The notes under the pieces: generated by a model
Told to the model about the DNA's origin: nothing
The model's database searches: none
Seen by the model: only the letters and a program-made list of their open reading frames with translations
Shown here: one piece after another, positions 44,775-54,371 of the stretch
Position numbering within the stretch: position 1 is the first letter of the stretch
Layout: each line of letters starts with the position of its first letter
NCBI GenBank assembly: GCA_964568625.1
Contig: CAZMQG010000004.1
Coordinates: 16,289 to 80,288, forward strand
Source of the DNA: an uncultured Pseudomonadota bacterium
Lineage (GTDB): Bacteria; Babelota; Babeliae; Babelales; RVW-14
DNA length: 64,000 nt
Reading direction: 5' to 3'
Translations under genes and position numbers: made by a program

Positions 44775-45875
44775 TTAAATTTCTACAAAAAACGCCTGTT
44801 TTAAATCAAAAACATCAATAGAAATTGGACTAGTTATAAAAACCTGAAATTTTTTATCATTCAGAAGATTTATCCCATGCACTAGGTTTTGGTGGTCAAA
44901 ATCAGTTAAAAAGTCATCCAGTAGTAAAACACCGGGAATGCCTGCCTCTTCCATACAATCCAATTGAGCAATTTTAATTAAAAAAACTATCAACTTCTGT
45001 TGCCCTCGAGATGCATAAATTTTGGCTTTTTTACCATAAAAATTAATTACAAAATCATCTAAATGTGCACCATAGAAACTTCGCCCCAATGCATTTTCCA
45101 TTTTTTGGCTATCTTTTTTTTCATATTCCTGCCAAAAATCTGCAAAAGTCGATGTTTTCCCGGCTCCATTTTTTTGTAAATAAGAAAATTTAACCTGCAA
45201 ATCAAACTCAGTCGCTTCGAAATAACCTCTAAGCAGACTGTTTACGTGATCTTCCAACATACTTAGATAATTTATTCGTATATTTTGAAGCGAAAATGTC
45301 TCTATCCAAAGCTTTTCCGACCAAATTAAAAGCTCATCCTTTAATCCCGTCGTAATTACCGGACTGACTTTTATCTGCCTAAGAAGGCTATTTCGCTGCT
45401 CAAGCACCTGGTTGTAGCGTCTAAACGTCGTATATAAATCGGGATTTAAAAGTAGAGTAGAATAGTTCATCAGATCACGCCTAAACTCAGGCGCACCGGA
45501 AACAACAATTATATCATCTGCACAAACTGATACTGCTCTATATTGAGAAATTAACTCACGATAAGAATTTATAGGCTTTTGATTATGCTTTACAACCTTG
45601 CCTTGCTCATTCCCAAAACCAACTTGAATCTGACTGGATTCATCATTATTTTCAACATCAATCTCGATAAAAAAATAATCTTGATCAAGTTTGATCAGTT
45701 CACGATTCAAGTGCGTACGAAATGATCTTAGGTAACAACAGTAATGCAAAGCCTCAAGTAAAGAACTTTTGCCGGATCCATTCTTTCCTTTTATGACAAC
45801 AAATTTTTCATCAAATTCAAATTCTTTTTCTGAAAAACATCGAAAATTACGCAACTTAAGTCTTTTAATACGCAC
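44775..45875 (-). CDS. recF: DNA replication and repair protein RecF
   Basis: MRIKRLKLRNFRCF, VIKGKNGSGKSSLLEAL (Walker A), ASRGQQKL (signature), VLLLDDFLTDFD (Walker B). Confidence 0.93.
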   Translation of the reverse strand: MRIKRLKLRNFRCFSEKEFEFDEKFVVIKGKNGSGKSSLLEALHYCCYLRSFRTHLNRELIKLDQDYFFIEIDVENNDESSQIQVGFGNEQGKVVKHNQKPINSYRELISQYRAVSVCADDIIVVSGAPEFRRDLMNYSTLLLNPDLYTTFRRYNQVLEQRNSLLRQIKVSPVITTGLKDELLIWSEKLWIETFSLQNIRINYLSMLEDHVNSLLRGYFEATEFDLQVKFSYLQKNGAGKTSTFADFWQEYEKKDSQKMENALGRSFYGAHLDDFVINFYGKKAKIYASRGQQKLIVFLIKIAQLDCMEEAGIPGVLLLDDFLTDFDHQNLVHGINLLNDKKFQVFITSPISIDVFDLKQAFFVEI

Positions 45876-45957
45876 AATTAAATCACTTTTATTTTAAAAA
45901 ATACGCGCCGTAGTAAGTTTTACAACTAAGTACGGCGCTATAAAATTCAACGATCTA

Positions 45958-47079
45958 TTAACTTTGAGAAATGGAAACCGGCATCACAAGATAAGTTTGA
46001 ATAAAGTTGTCATCCTTTGTTTCAAATATAATCGGACGAGCACCGTTTTTAATAAAGAACTGTAAATTCTTTTCAGGAAATCCTTGAAGTCCATTTAAAA
46101 TATATGGAGCATAGAAACGACTTTCAATCTCTCCTCCTGAAAATTCATCCATATTTAAATCTTCATCTAGTTTTCCAACTTCTTTATTATGCATGTTAAC
46201 TTTTAGAGTCCCAGGCATAAATCTAAATGTTGTAGAAACAAACTGACCTGCAAGTAGGCAACTTGTACGTTTTAACGTTTTAAGTAAAGAATCCTTTACT
46301 ACTGTTGCAGGTAAAAAACCTTCTTTCTCCAAAACTGGTTTATATTGAGGAAATGCATCAGAAATAAGTTTTGTGAAAAAATTAAAATTCTTGCCGGAAA
46401 AAACAAGTTGATTACCACAAATACCAAGGAAAATACTATCTTCTGCACCTGAATTTTCGAACAATTTTTTAATCTCCATTACCGCACGTTTTGGTAATAA
46501 CCATTTCTTTTCTTCGGCTAGAGAGTACTTTGTTGTTGTTATATGAGCAAGACTATGCCCATCTGTTGCAACCATACTCATCTCTTGCGGATTAACTTCA
46601 AGCAGCATTCCATTCAAAGCAGGATTGGAATTATTTTGAGGGATAACAAATGCAACTTTGCTAATCATATCTAATATGAAAGATGCTTTAAAATCCATCA
46701 AATTTTCAATGCGCTCTGGAAATGGAGGGAACTCTTGAGCATCTTTTATATTAAGAGAAAGATCAACCCCACCGGATTTTAAACTAATCTGATTTTGATT
46801 TATGTTAAACTCAATCTCTCCATCAAGTTCTTTTACCAATTCAAAAATACGTTTTCCAGAGATCAAAAAGCTACTTGTTTCTGTAACATCGCTTTCAATT
46901 ATCATACTTGATTGCAAGCTAATCTCCAGATCAGTAGCCTTGAGGGTCAGCTCACGTGGTGTAATTTGAAAAAGAATAGATTCTGTAACATCTAGGGTAG
47001 TTCTTTTGCTACAAATCGGCTGCATTGATGACAATATCGACAACAGCTCCCGTTGAGATGTAATAAATCTTCCGGTCAT
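45958..47079 (-). CDS. dnaN: DNA polymerase III beta sliding clamp
   Basis: Three-domain clamp length. ITSQRELLSILSSMQPICSKRTTLDVTESILF, MVATDGHSLA, YLVMPV near the C-terminus. Start set to the ATG preceded by AAGGAA; the ORF track extends to 47100. Confidence 0.9.
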   Translation of the reverse strand: MTGRFITSQRELLSILSSMQPICSKRTTLDVTESILFQITPRELTLKATDLEISLQSSMIIESDVTETSSFLISGKRIFELVKELDGEIEFNINQNQISLKSGGVDLSLNIKDAQEFPPFPERIENLMDFKASFILDMISKVAFVIPQNNSNPALNGMLLEVNPQEMSMVATDGHSLAHITTTKYSLAEEKKWLLPKRAVMEIKKLFENSGAEDSIFLGICGNQLVFSGKNFNFFTKLISDAFPQYKPVLEKEGFLPATVVKDSLLKTLKRTSCLLAGQFVSTTFRFMPGTLKVNMHNKEVGKLDEDLNMDEFSGGEIESRFYAPYILNGLQGFPEKNLQFFIKNGARPIIFETKDDNFIQTYLVMPVSISQS

Positions 47080-47224
47080 ATTAAATTCCTTCATATTCAA
47101 TGAATTTTATTTTACGTTTTTTGCAAATTGCTTTGCATGTTTTTTCACTTCTAGTATTATACAACATCAGGACAAATCAGCCAAGGTGTAGATAGTATAA
47201 CAGATAAAGCAAATCGAACATTTT

Positions 47225-47809
47225 ATGCTTAACCTAGAAACTAACAGTTTAATAGAACAACGACTTAACGAATTTAAGCAACTAAACCAACTTGGGACCA
47301 ACCATTGGTTCAATGAACTGTGTTTTTGTATTCTCACAGCAAATTCAAAAGCCGAAACTGCAATTCGCATACAACAAGAAGTGGGAGTTAATGGGTTTAT
47401 AGATTTATCACAACAAGAGCTTGCTCGAATCATTAAAAATAATAAACATAGATTCCATAACAATAAGGCAAAGTTTATAGTACAAGCAAGAGAGTTCGTT
47501 GCTATCAAGAATAAAATTAAAAATTTATCCGGACAACAAGCCCGAGAATTTATTGTCAAAAATATAAAAGGGCTTGGCTATAAGGAAGCATCACACTTTT
47601 TACGTAACGTTGGGTATGATGATGTTGCAATAATTGACAGGCATATTTTACGATTTATGCATCAACAAAATCTAATTTCCTCAATTCCAAAGCACATTAC
47701 AATAAAATTCTATCTTGAATGTGAACATATTTTATCAAAATTTAAAGTAAAACTTTCGCGACTTGATCTGATTATCTGGGAAAAAATGACAGGTAAAGTA
47801 TTAAAATAA
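47225..47809 (+). CDS. ogg: N-glycosylase/DNA lyase, archaeal-type (Ogg2 family) 8-oxoguanine glycosylase
   Basis: ELCFCILTANSKAETA, HhH-GPD region IKGLGYKEASHFLRNVGYDDVAIIDRHILRF. Confidence 0.8.
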   Translation: MLNLETNSLIEQRLNEFKQLNQLGTNHWFNELCFCILTANSKAETAIRIQQEVGVNGFIDLSQQELARIIKNNKHRFHNNKAKFIVQAREFVAIKNKIKNLSGQQAREFIVKNIKGLGYKEASHFLRNVGYDDVAIIDRHILRFMHQQNLISSIPKHITIKFYLECEHILSKFKVKLSRLDLIIWEKMTGKVLK

Positions 47810-47859
47810 AAACAACAAAAAACTGATAAAATTAGATCATTAACGAGAAAGGATAAATC

Positions 47860-48696
47860 GTGAATGGTATAGCAAACCTAATGCTGGGATTAGCATTAGA
47901 ATCTGGAATTCCTAATCTTTGCGGAATGCAATATCAAGAAGTAGCACATACCGATTCATTAGGACGAACACAATTATATTTTGCAGCTTACACAAGAGAT
48001 GTAAGCTTATTAAAAAAATCAATTGAAGATGAAATTGATGTTAATCAAACTGATAATTTAGGTGAAACCCCACTTTATATCGCTTCAGCGTTTGGGTATG
48101 AAGAGATTGTAAAAATTTTACTTGGGGTAAGAGGCATCGAATTAAATAAACCCAATAAATTTGGATGGACACCTTTGCATGTAGCTGCGTTTAAGGGGAA
48201 TCATTCAGTAGTAAATATATTACTGCAAGCAAATGCCATAGTTAACCTAAAAGAAAACAAGGAAGAAAATACGCCATTGCTTTTAGCTGCTTTTAATGGA
48301 CATAGAGAAATCGTAGGTATGCTTCTAAATGCTGGAGCTGATAAAAACGCTTCTGATTATTGTGGTAAAACTGCATTATACTGGTCCATCTTCAATAATG
48401 ATATAGACATGGCAAGATTGTTAATTAGTGCTGAAGCTGATGTTAATAAAATTGACATTTCCGGAAAAACACCTTTGCATATTGCAGCTTTTAGAGCAAA
48501 TCCCATAACAACATCACTGTTACTAGATGCGGGGGCAATCGTTGATATTCATGATAAAAATGGTGATACACCATTAAAAATAGCTTGTAATTATCGAAGT
48601 AAACAAAGCGAAGCTACAAAAAGATATGTAGAAATATTTGTAAATTATTATATAAAGAAAAAGCTAAAAGTTCCTGAATATTTAAAGCTTAGTTAA
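47860..48696 (+). CDS. Ankyrin-repeat protein (no obvious signal peptide)
   Basis: At least six ANK repeats: RTQLYFAAYTRDVSLLK, ETPLYIASAFGYEEIVKILL, WTPLHVAAFKGNHSVVNILLQANA, NTPLLLAAFNGHREIVGMLLNAGAD, KTALYWSIFNNDIDMARLLISAEADVN, KTPLHIAAFRAN, DTPLKIA. Confidence 0.9.
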   Translation: MNGIANLMLGLALESGIPNLCGMQYQEVAHTDSLGRTQLYFAAYTRDVSLLKKSIEDEIDVNQTDNLGETPLYIASAFGYEEIVKILLGVRGIELNKPNKFGWTPLHVAAFKGNHSVVNILLQANAIVNLKENKEENTPLLLAAFNGHREIVGMLLNAGADKNASDYCGKTALYWSIFNNDIDMARLLISAEADVNKIDISGKTPLHIAAFRANPITTSLLLDAGAIVDIHDKNGDTPLKIACNYRSKQSEATKRYVEIFVNYYIKKKLKVPEYLKLS

Positions 48697-48818
48697 ACAA
48701 GTAAATAGTATTATTTATACAAATATTTTTATATAAACAAATGTCTTGCAATAATTATCTGCAATAGTATTTTATGGAATAGTAGTAATTTATTAATCTT
48801 TTATGGAAGAGGGAGAAT

Positions 48819-49238
48819 ATGAAGAATATTTTCAGAGGATTGGTAATTTTAGCCATATGCTTTGTGTCTGCAGAACTTCAGTCGTCACAAATTAAAAAGA
48901 CTGACTTAAGAACTGCAACAACAAAAATGGATTGCAAAAATTCCTCCAGTAATGCCGACATGCAATTAACAATTGCAGGAGTTATAACAACAGTAGAGCA
49001 TGGGACTACATATTCAAATATTAATATTCCTTCATCAGTAGCCTCATTTAAAGTAAGACCATCTCTTTCAAGTTTAATTGGTGCTCCTATTAATATTCAA
49101 AAAAGTTTATTAAACATCGCTTCTGACAATAAGTACGATCTTGAAATAAGAACAGCATTAAATGGAATTTATCTTACTGTTACAGTTTATAGCGTTGGCG
49201 AAAAAATTGCTCAAGGCAGATTTACCGTTGGCGTATAA
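48819..49238 (+). CDS. Small secreted protein, paralog 1
   Basis: GGGAG upstream. Signal peptide MKNIFRGLVILAICFVSAELQS. C-terminal KYDLEIRTALNGIYLTVTVYSVGEKIA is shared with the next ORF. Confidence 0.65.
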   Translation: MKNIFRGLVILAICFVSAELQSSQIKKTDLRTATTKMDCKNSSSNADMQLTIAGVITTVEHGTTYSNINIPSSVASFKVRPSLSSLIGAPINIQKSLLNIASDNKYDLEIRTALNGIYLTVTVYSVGEKIAQGRFTVGV

Positions 49239-49267
49239 ATTCCAAAATTCATAAATAAAAAACTCAA

Positions 49268-49306
49268 CAGAGAAGCCTCGTTATGCAACGAGGCTTCTCT
49301 GCGTTT
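49268..49306 (+). terminator. Terminator hairpin
   Basis: 15-bp stem cagagaagcctcgtt / aacgaggcttctctg, loop atgc, weak T tail (cgttt). Confidence 0.65.
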
Positions 49307-49494
49307 AAAAATTAGTTAGGTTCTCTCTAATTTCACTACATTAACTCAATTAGACTTAAAAAACTCGCCAAAAGCTAGCATAAGAGGCTTTAATGTCTTT
49401 TTTGCTGGCTTTTATTGACTATTTGACAATAAATATTTTATTATAGATATAGTCCAATGGTTTTATTATTTTTTTAAGGGAAGGGGAAAATGTG

Positions 49495-49878
49495 ATGAAA
49501 AATATTTTTAGAGCTCTGTTTATTTTAGCCATAAGCTTTGCATCTGCAAAACTTATAGCAGTCCCAACACTTTTAGACTGCTATAATGCATCCACTCACG
49601 CAAAGATGACATTAACAAGCGGGGGAGTAACCTATATAAACAAAACAACAACAATTTCAAACATAAATATTGCCGCATCAGTAACAGAAGTTAAAATTAA
49701 ACCAACAGGCGTGATTGGCATTCCAATTATTATTCAAAAAAGTGCTTTAAACATTGGTAGTGATGGAAAATACGATCTTAAAATAACAACTACCTTAAGC
49801 GGTTCAATGTTAACTGTCACAGTTTATAGTCTTGGCGAAAAACTTGCTTCTAAAGCGTACAACATTAGTATATATTAA
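49495..49878 (+). CDS. Small secreted protein, paralog 2
   Basis: Signal peptide MKNIFRALFILAISFASAKLIA. KYDLKITTTLSGSMLTVTVYSLGEKLA. Confidence 0.65.
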   Translation: MKNIFRALFILAISFASAKLIAVPTLLDCYNASTHAKMTLTSGGVTYINKTTTISNINIAASVTEVKIKPTGVIGIPIIIQKSALNIGSDGKYDLKITTTLSGSMLTVTVYSLGEKLASKAYNISIY

Positions 49879-49926
49879 CATAAAATTTGACAACTAAAAA
49901 ACGACTTTGCGTTATATTAGTCAAAT

Positions 49927-49974
49927 AAAAAGTAAAAAGGCATCGATTTACAAATCGATGCCTTTTTACTTTTT
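49927..49974. terminator. Bidirectional terminator between convergent genes
   Basis: aaaagtaaaaaggcatcgattt / aaatcgatgcctttttactttt long inverted repeat, between the stop at 49878 (+) and the stop at 49984 (-). Confidence 0.8.
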
Positions 49975-49983
49975 ATTTTTGCT

Positions 49984-50913
49984 TTATGCCCTGGGATGCT
50001 TTTCATCGTAAACTTTTCTTACCTGTTTATTTTCAAGATGGGTATAAATCTGAACAGTAGAAAGATTTTCATGCCCTAAAATTAACTGTAACGATCGTAT
50101 ATCTGCCCCTTTTTCAAAAAGATGTGTAGCTAATGAGTGCCGAAGGCTGTGTGGAGATATATTTTTCAAAATGTTAGATTTAACTAAAATCTTTTTTAAA
50201 GCCAACCAAAAAAGTTGTCGCGACATAGGCTTTACATGATTTTTATGCAATGTAATAAAAATAAAATTTTGTTGTTTACTATCGGCTTTAATATTTACCG
50301 GAATTAACTTAGGATAAATCTGCTCACGATAATATCTTAACAATTCCAAAATATTTTTTGGCAGTGGAATAGAGCGTTCTTTATTACCTTTACCAATAAG
50401 TTGAAGAAATCCTGTATCAAAATGAATTTGATCAAAAGTTAAATTAACAAGCTCTGAAACTCTTACTCCGGTAGCATATAGTAAATACAACATGACTTTA
50501 TTTCGTTGCCCCTTAATCGAATGATCAAGGTTTGCAGCATTCAATAATTTTTTTAATTCGGATTCCGAAAGATAGTTTGGTAAAGTTTTTTCAATTTTTG
50601 GAAAGGTTAGAGTAGAGGAGAGATTAGGTACTTCATATTTTGTATTTAGAAAATCAAAAAAACGCTTTATAGACGAAATTTTTCGAGACAAGCTTTTAGC
50701 GGAAAGACCTTGGTCCTTTAAATTTTTCAAGAAAGCCTTCATATGGTCTTTTTTGCATCTTATTATATCAACCCTCCTCTGCTTCAAAAATAATCCAAAT
50801 TGGTCAATATCACGTTTATATGCTAAAAATGTATTTTGTGATACTCGTTTTTCAGTCAAAAGATAAGCCTGAAAATTGGCATAATAATCTATCGCACCAC
50901 TTTGATCTTGCAT
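49984..50913 (-). CDS. Tyrosine recombinase, XerC/XerD family
   Basis: N-terminal SAM-like domain (YLLTEKRVSQNTFLAYKRDIDQF). Catalytic region ATGVRVSEL, HSLRHSLATHLFEKGADIRSLQLILGHENLSTVQIYTHL. Confidence 0.9.
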   Translation of the reverse strand: MQDQSGAIDYYANFQAYLLTEKRVSQNTFLAYKRDIDQFGLFLKQRRVDIIRCKKDHMKAFLKNLKDQGLSAKSLSRKISSIKRFFDFLNTKYEVPNLSSTLTFPKIEKTLPNYLSESELKKLLNAANLDHSIKGQRNKVMLYLLYATGVRVSELVNLTFDQIHFDTGFLQLIGKGNKERSIPLPKNILELLRYYREQIYPKLIPVNIKADSKQQNFIFITLHKNHVKPMSRQLFWLALKKILVKSNILKNISPHSLRHSLATHLFEKGADIRSLQLILGHENLSTVQIYTHLENKQVRKVYDEKHPRA

Positions 50914-50942
50914 GGTAAAATTACCCCTCTAAATTTCATATC

Positions 50943-50980
50943 AAAAACAAGAAAGGTATTTTAGTAAAATACCTTTCTTA
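50943..50980 (-). terminator. Rho-independent terminator after proS
   Basis: aagaaaggtatttt-agta-aaaatacctttctt hairpin. On the minus strand it is followed by gttttt. Confidence 0.7.
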
Positions 50981-50991
50981 CAATTTAGTAA

Positions 50992-52425
50992 TTAATAAGC
51001 CTTTGCAACTACGACTTCGAAATTACTAGATTTATTACAATGAAAGCAAGTATCATGTTCTTTTTTATTCAAAAGGCAGCGAATGGTCGCTTTAAATTGC
51101 TTCAATTCACTCTCACACTCAGCATCACCACACCACCCTACTTTATAAAATCCATTTTTTGCATCAAGCTCAACTCCAAATTCATTTAGCTTTTCAGCCT
51201 CATAAAAACGTTCCGTCCTAAATTTTTTTGCTCGATCAAACATCTGCTGATGTACAATATCAAGCATCCGCTTCAATGCAACTTCTACTGAATCAACTGG
51301 AACAAACTCTTTTTTCTTTGACTTATCTTGTTCTACCCGATTGACAAGTACTACCTGATTTTTTTCTAAATCTTTTGGCCCGATTTCAATTCGAACAGGA
51401 ACCCCCTTAAGTTCCCATTCATAAAATTTTGAACCAGGTGTTTTTGTATCATCATTATCAAGTACAACTCTAAAGCCAAACTCTTCAAATTTAGACTTTA
51501 TCTGATTAGCTTTTTGTAAAATAGCGTCTTTTTCCATATCAGTTTTATAAATTGGAACTATTACGCACTGAATAGGCGCAATTCTTGGAGGAATAATCAA
51601 TCCATTTTGGTCGCCATGAACCATGATCATTGCACCAATTGATCTTGTTGTAAATCCCCAACTGGTACAATATGGAGTTTTAATTGTTCCATCTTTATCT
51701 TGAAATTTAACATCAAATGCAGCTGGAAATGACTGTGCCAAAATATGAGAAGTACACAGCTGCAAAGCTTTTCCATCTTGCATCATACCTTCAAGAGTAT
51801 ATGTTTTTTCGGCACCAGCAAACTTTTCTGACTCTGATTTTTGGCCCCTGACAACAGGAATTGCCAAATAATTTTCGTAAATATCTTGATATGCATCCAA
51901 AGCTTGTGCAGCCATTTGTTCAGCCTCTTCATGAGTATAATGCGCAGTATGTCCCTCCTGCCACAAAAACTCCGTACTACGAATAAAAGGTCTTGTACGC
52001 ATTTCCCAACGAACCACATTTGCCCACTGATTTATCTTCAATGGCAAATCTCGCCATGACTTTACCCAACGCGAAAACATTGAGTAAATAATAGTCTCAG
52101 ATGTTGGACGAACTACCAATGGTTCTTCGAGTTTACCTCCGCCAGCATGAGTAACAACGGCTAATTCAGGAGAAAAACCTTCAACGTGCTTTGCTTCACG
52201 TTTTAAAAACGATTCCGGAATAAAAAGTGGGAAATATGCATTTTGAGTTCCTGTTGCTTTGATTTTTTTATCAAGTTCTGATTGAATCTTTTCCCAAATT
52301 GCAAAACTGTATGGACGGAAAACAAAGCACCCTTTTACTTCGCTCTGATCGACTAACTCAGCCTGATAAATAATTTCCTGGTACCACTGCGTAAAATCTT
52401 TATTGATATCCGGCAACTTATTCAT
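50992..52425 (-). CDS. proS: Proline--tRNA ligase, archaeal/eukaryotic-like type
   Basis: FTQWYQEIIYQAELVDQSEVKGCFVFRPYSFAIWE, VVRPTSET, FLWQEGHTAH, TSWGFTTRSIG, C-terminal Cys-rich GWCGDAECE...CFHC. Start set to ATG 52425; the ORF track begins at TTG 52446. Confidence 0.92.
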   Translation of the reverse strand: MNKLPDINKDFTQWYQEIIYQAELVDQSEVKGCFVFRPYSFAIWEKIQSELDKKIKATGTQNAYFPLFIPESFLKREAKHVEGFSPELAVVTHAGGGKLEEPLVVRPTSETIIYSMFSRWVKSWRDLPLKINQWANVVRWEMRTRPFIRSTEFLWQEGHTAHYTHEEAEQMAAQALDAYQDIYENYLAIPVVRGQKSESEKFAGAEKTYTLEGMMQDGKALQLCTSHILAQSFPAAFDVKFQDKDGTIKTPYCTSWGFTTRSIGAMIMVHGDQNGLIIPPRIAPIQCVIVPIYKTDMEKDAILQKANQIKSKFEEFGFRVVLDNDDTKTPGSKFYEWELKGVPVRIEIGPKDLEKNQVVLVNRVEQDKSKKKEFVPVDSVEVALKRMLDIVHQQMFDRAKKFRTERFYEAEKLNEFGVELDAKNGFYKVGWCGDAECESELKQFKATIRCLLNKKEHDTCFHCNKSSNFEVVVAKAY

Positions 52426-52560
52426 TTTTAACCCATTTCTTTTCAAACCAACTTAAATTTTTTCATAACCAAAGTATAACAAGTTTCACAGGTGAAGTCT
52501 CTTCAGATATATTCATGAAGAATATACGTTTATACAACACACACCCATTCACTGAATTCT

Positions 52561-54195
52561 TCATGAACCGTAAACTAACATTCTATGCAACCCCTTTAAA
52601 AGTGGATCATCTGTACGATTAGGATTACCAATTGAGTCGGCCATTATAACTCTAACTCCATCTCTTGCACTGGAATCATTAACAAACATAAGCGAAATCC
52701 AGTGCCCATAATTCGTTCTTTTCCATTTCTTATCTCTTTTGGCATTAGATCCTTTTTTACCAGAATCAGTACTTTTTGATAAACTATTTTCATCTGTTTC
52801 GTTTTTTCCAAAAATAGCTTCTAAAAACCTTGAAATCCATGATTTCTCGGGTTGGGGCTTTGCTGTTTCTTTAGGTTTTTCCTCAACTTTTTTAGCATCA
52901 TCTTTTTTGTCTTTCTCTGCGCCAGGCTTATCTGTCTCTTTATCGCCTCCAAATCCCGGAATATCGTTTTCTGCTGTATTAATAATAAAGTATTGTGTAT
53001 GGCCCTCTTTTAATCTTGTTCGCTTGCCATCCACAACAACCTCCTTATCATCAACAACGATAGTTGAATCATCAATGCCATAAAAATCCGCAAAATTTGC
53101 CTTCGAAGAATCACGCAATCCCATACTATCATCCACCATCGTCAAATCTTCACCATTAATTGGGCTATCCGCATGCGATGCATTATAATCTTTTATAATA
53201 ACGTCCAAATGACCAGTATGAAGATCATTTAAACTGCTTACTTTTGTAATTTCAGCCCAATGCCTACAACACTCATTAAACCTTACAGCATCATTTGCAA
53301 TTTTATAAGCCTGAAGCACATCACCCTTACTTTCATGAAAAGCTATTAATCTAAAGGCTGCATTTGCTCCGCACATTCGACCATTTTGCCTAAAAACTCT
53401 AATCTGAGCTACATCAATTGAATCACTCTTATTTTCTAAAGTTGGGTGCTTTTCATCTAAAGCAACATTTTCGTCGACAGGTCTTAATGGACTATTGTCT
53501 TCTTCGTCAGAATCATTAAAATTTCCAAGATTAGGATAAACATAATAATAAAATAAAATGGATAAAATAATTATAGAAGCAGAAGTAGTAAAAAGTGGAT
53601 GGACACCCATAAATTCAGCCGGCCTAAAAAAACAAGTATCTATAATCCTGTCTACTGTATCAATATTGTAAAAATCATATCTCAAGAAGCATGTTAATAA
53701 AATTTGATCAAAATTTATAATTTTTTCGCATAACTCAACTTCTCTCTTGTCTAAGACACCCTTTTTCTTCAGGCTATAATTCTGAATAAAATTATCAAAT
53801 TTGGTTACTTTGCGCTTAAATGCCCGAAGATCTCTGGGTTCGATTGAATCAAAATTACTAAAAAAATTGCATACATTTATAAATCGATACTCGACAAAAA
53901 ACAAAAGCCCTTCGTTGAAACCTTGCACAATTTCCCTTAACAACTCAATTTCCATCTTTACCAAATCCAAAGACTTTTGTTCCAAAGATTTTTGTTCAAT
54001 CGGCAATTTTGCTTCTATATGGTCTTTGTTCGAACTATTGGCAATGGCTATATTTTCCATTAAAACAAGTTTGGCATTATTTAGAACATTAAAAATATGC
54101 AAGTCTTCTGCACATACATCTTTATTAAATGAAAACAAAATATTAAAATTAAAAATTAAAACATATAATGCTATTTTTAAAATATATTTAAACAC
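52561..54195 (-). CDS. Hypothetical membrane-anchored protein with a papain-fold Cys/His (deubiquitinase-like) signature
   Basis: 544 aa. N-terminal hydrophobic leader and a second TM helix (SASIIILSILFYYYVY). RQNGRMCGANAAFRLIAF (Gln at -5 from Cys), GHTQYFIIN, acidic/Lys-rich insert, NYGHWISLMFVN...VIMADS near the C-terminus. Confidence 0.55.
   Translation of the reverse strand: MFKYILKIALYVLIFNFNILFSFNKDVCAEDLHIFNVLNNAKLVLMENIAIANSSNKDHIEAKLPIEQKSLEQKSLDLVKMEIELLREIVQGFNEGLLFFVEYRFINVCNFFSNFDSIEPRDLRAFKRKVTKFDNFIQNYSLKKKGVLDKREVELCEKIINFDQILLTCFLRYDFYNIDTVDRIIDTCFFRPAEFMGVHPLFTTSASIIILSILFYYYVYPNLGNFNDSDEEDNSPLRPVDENVALDEKHPTLENKSDSIDVAQIRVFRQNGRMCGANAAFRLIAFHESKGDVLQAYKIANDAVRFNECCRHWAEITKVSSLNDLHTGHLDVIIKDYNASHADSPINGEDLTMVDDSMGLRDSSKANFADFYGIDDSTIVVDDKEVVVDGKRTRLKEGHTQYFIINTAENDIPGFGGDKETDKPGAEKDKKDDAKKVEEKPKETAKPQPEKSWISRFLEAIFGKNETDENSLSKSTDSGKKGSNAKRDKKWKRTNYGHWISLMFVNDSSARDGVRVIMADSIGNPNRTDDPLLKGLHRMLVYGS
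53966..53995 (-). repeat. 15-bp tandem duplication (tccaaagaYttttgt x2)
   Basis: Read directly from the sequence. It encodes EQKSLEQKSL. Confidence 0.9.
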
Positions 54196-54371
54196 ATCGC
54201 TCCTTTAAATAAGCTATTTCTTCTATGGGAAATTCAAAACTTTGTTAGGAAATTATAGATTCTAGCGCTAAAATATCAAGTTTATTCAGCATTTATTCAT
54301 TTTATAACCCAATCACGGTTAAACTTAAATTTTAATATTAAATCATCAAGATAAGATATCCAAAGGATTTT

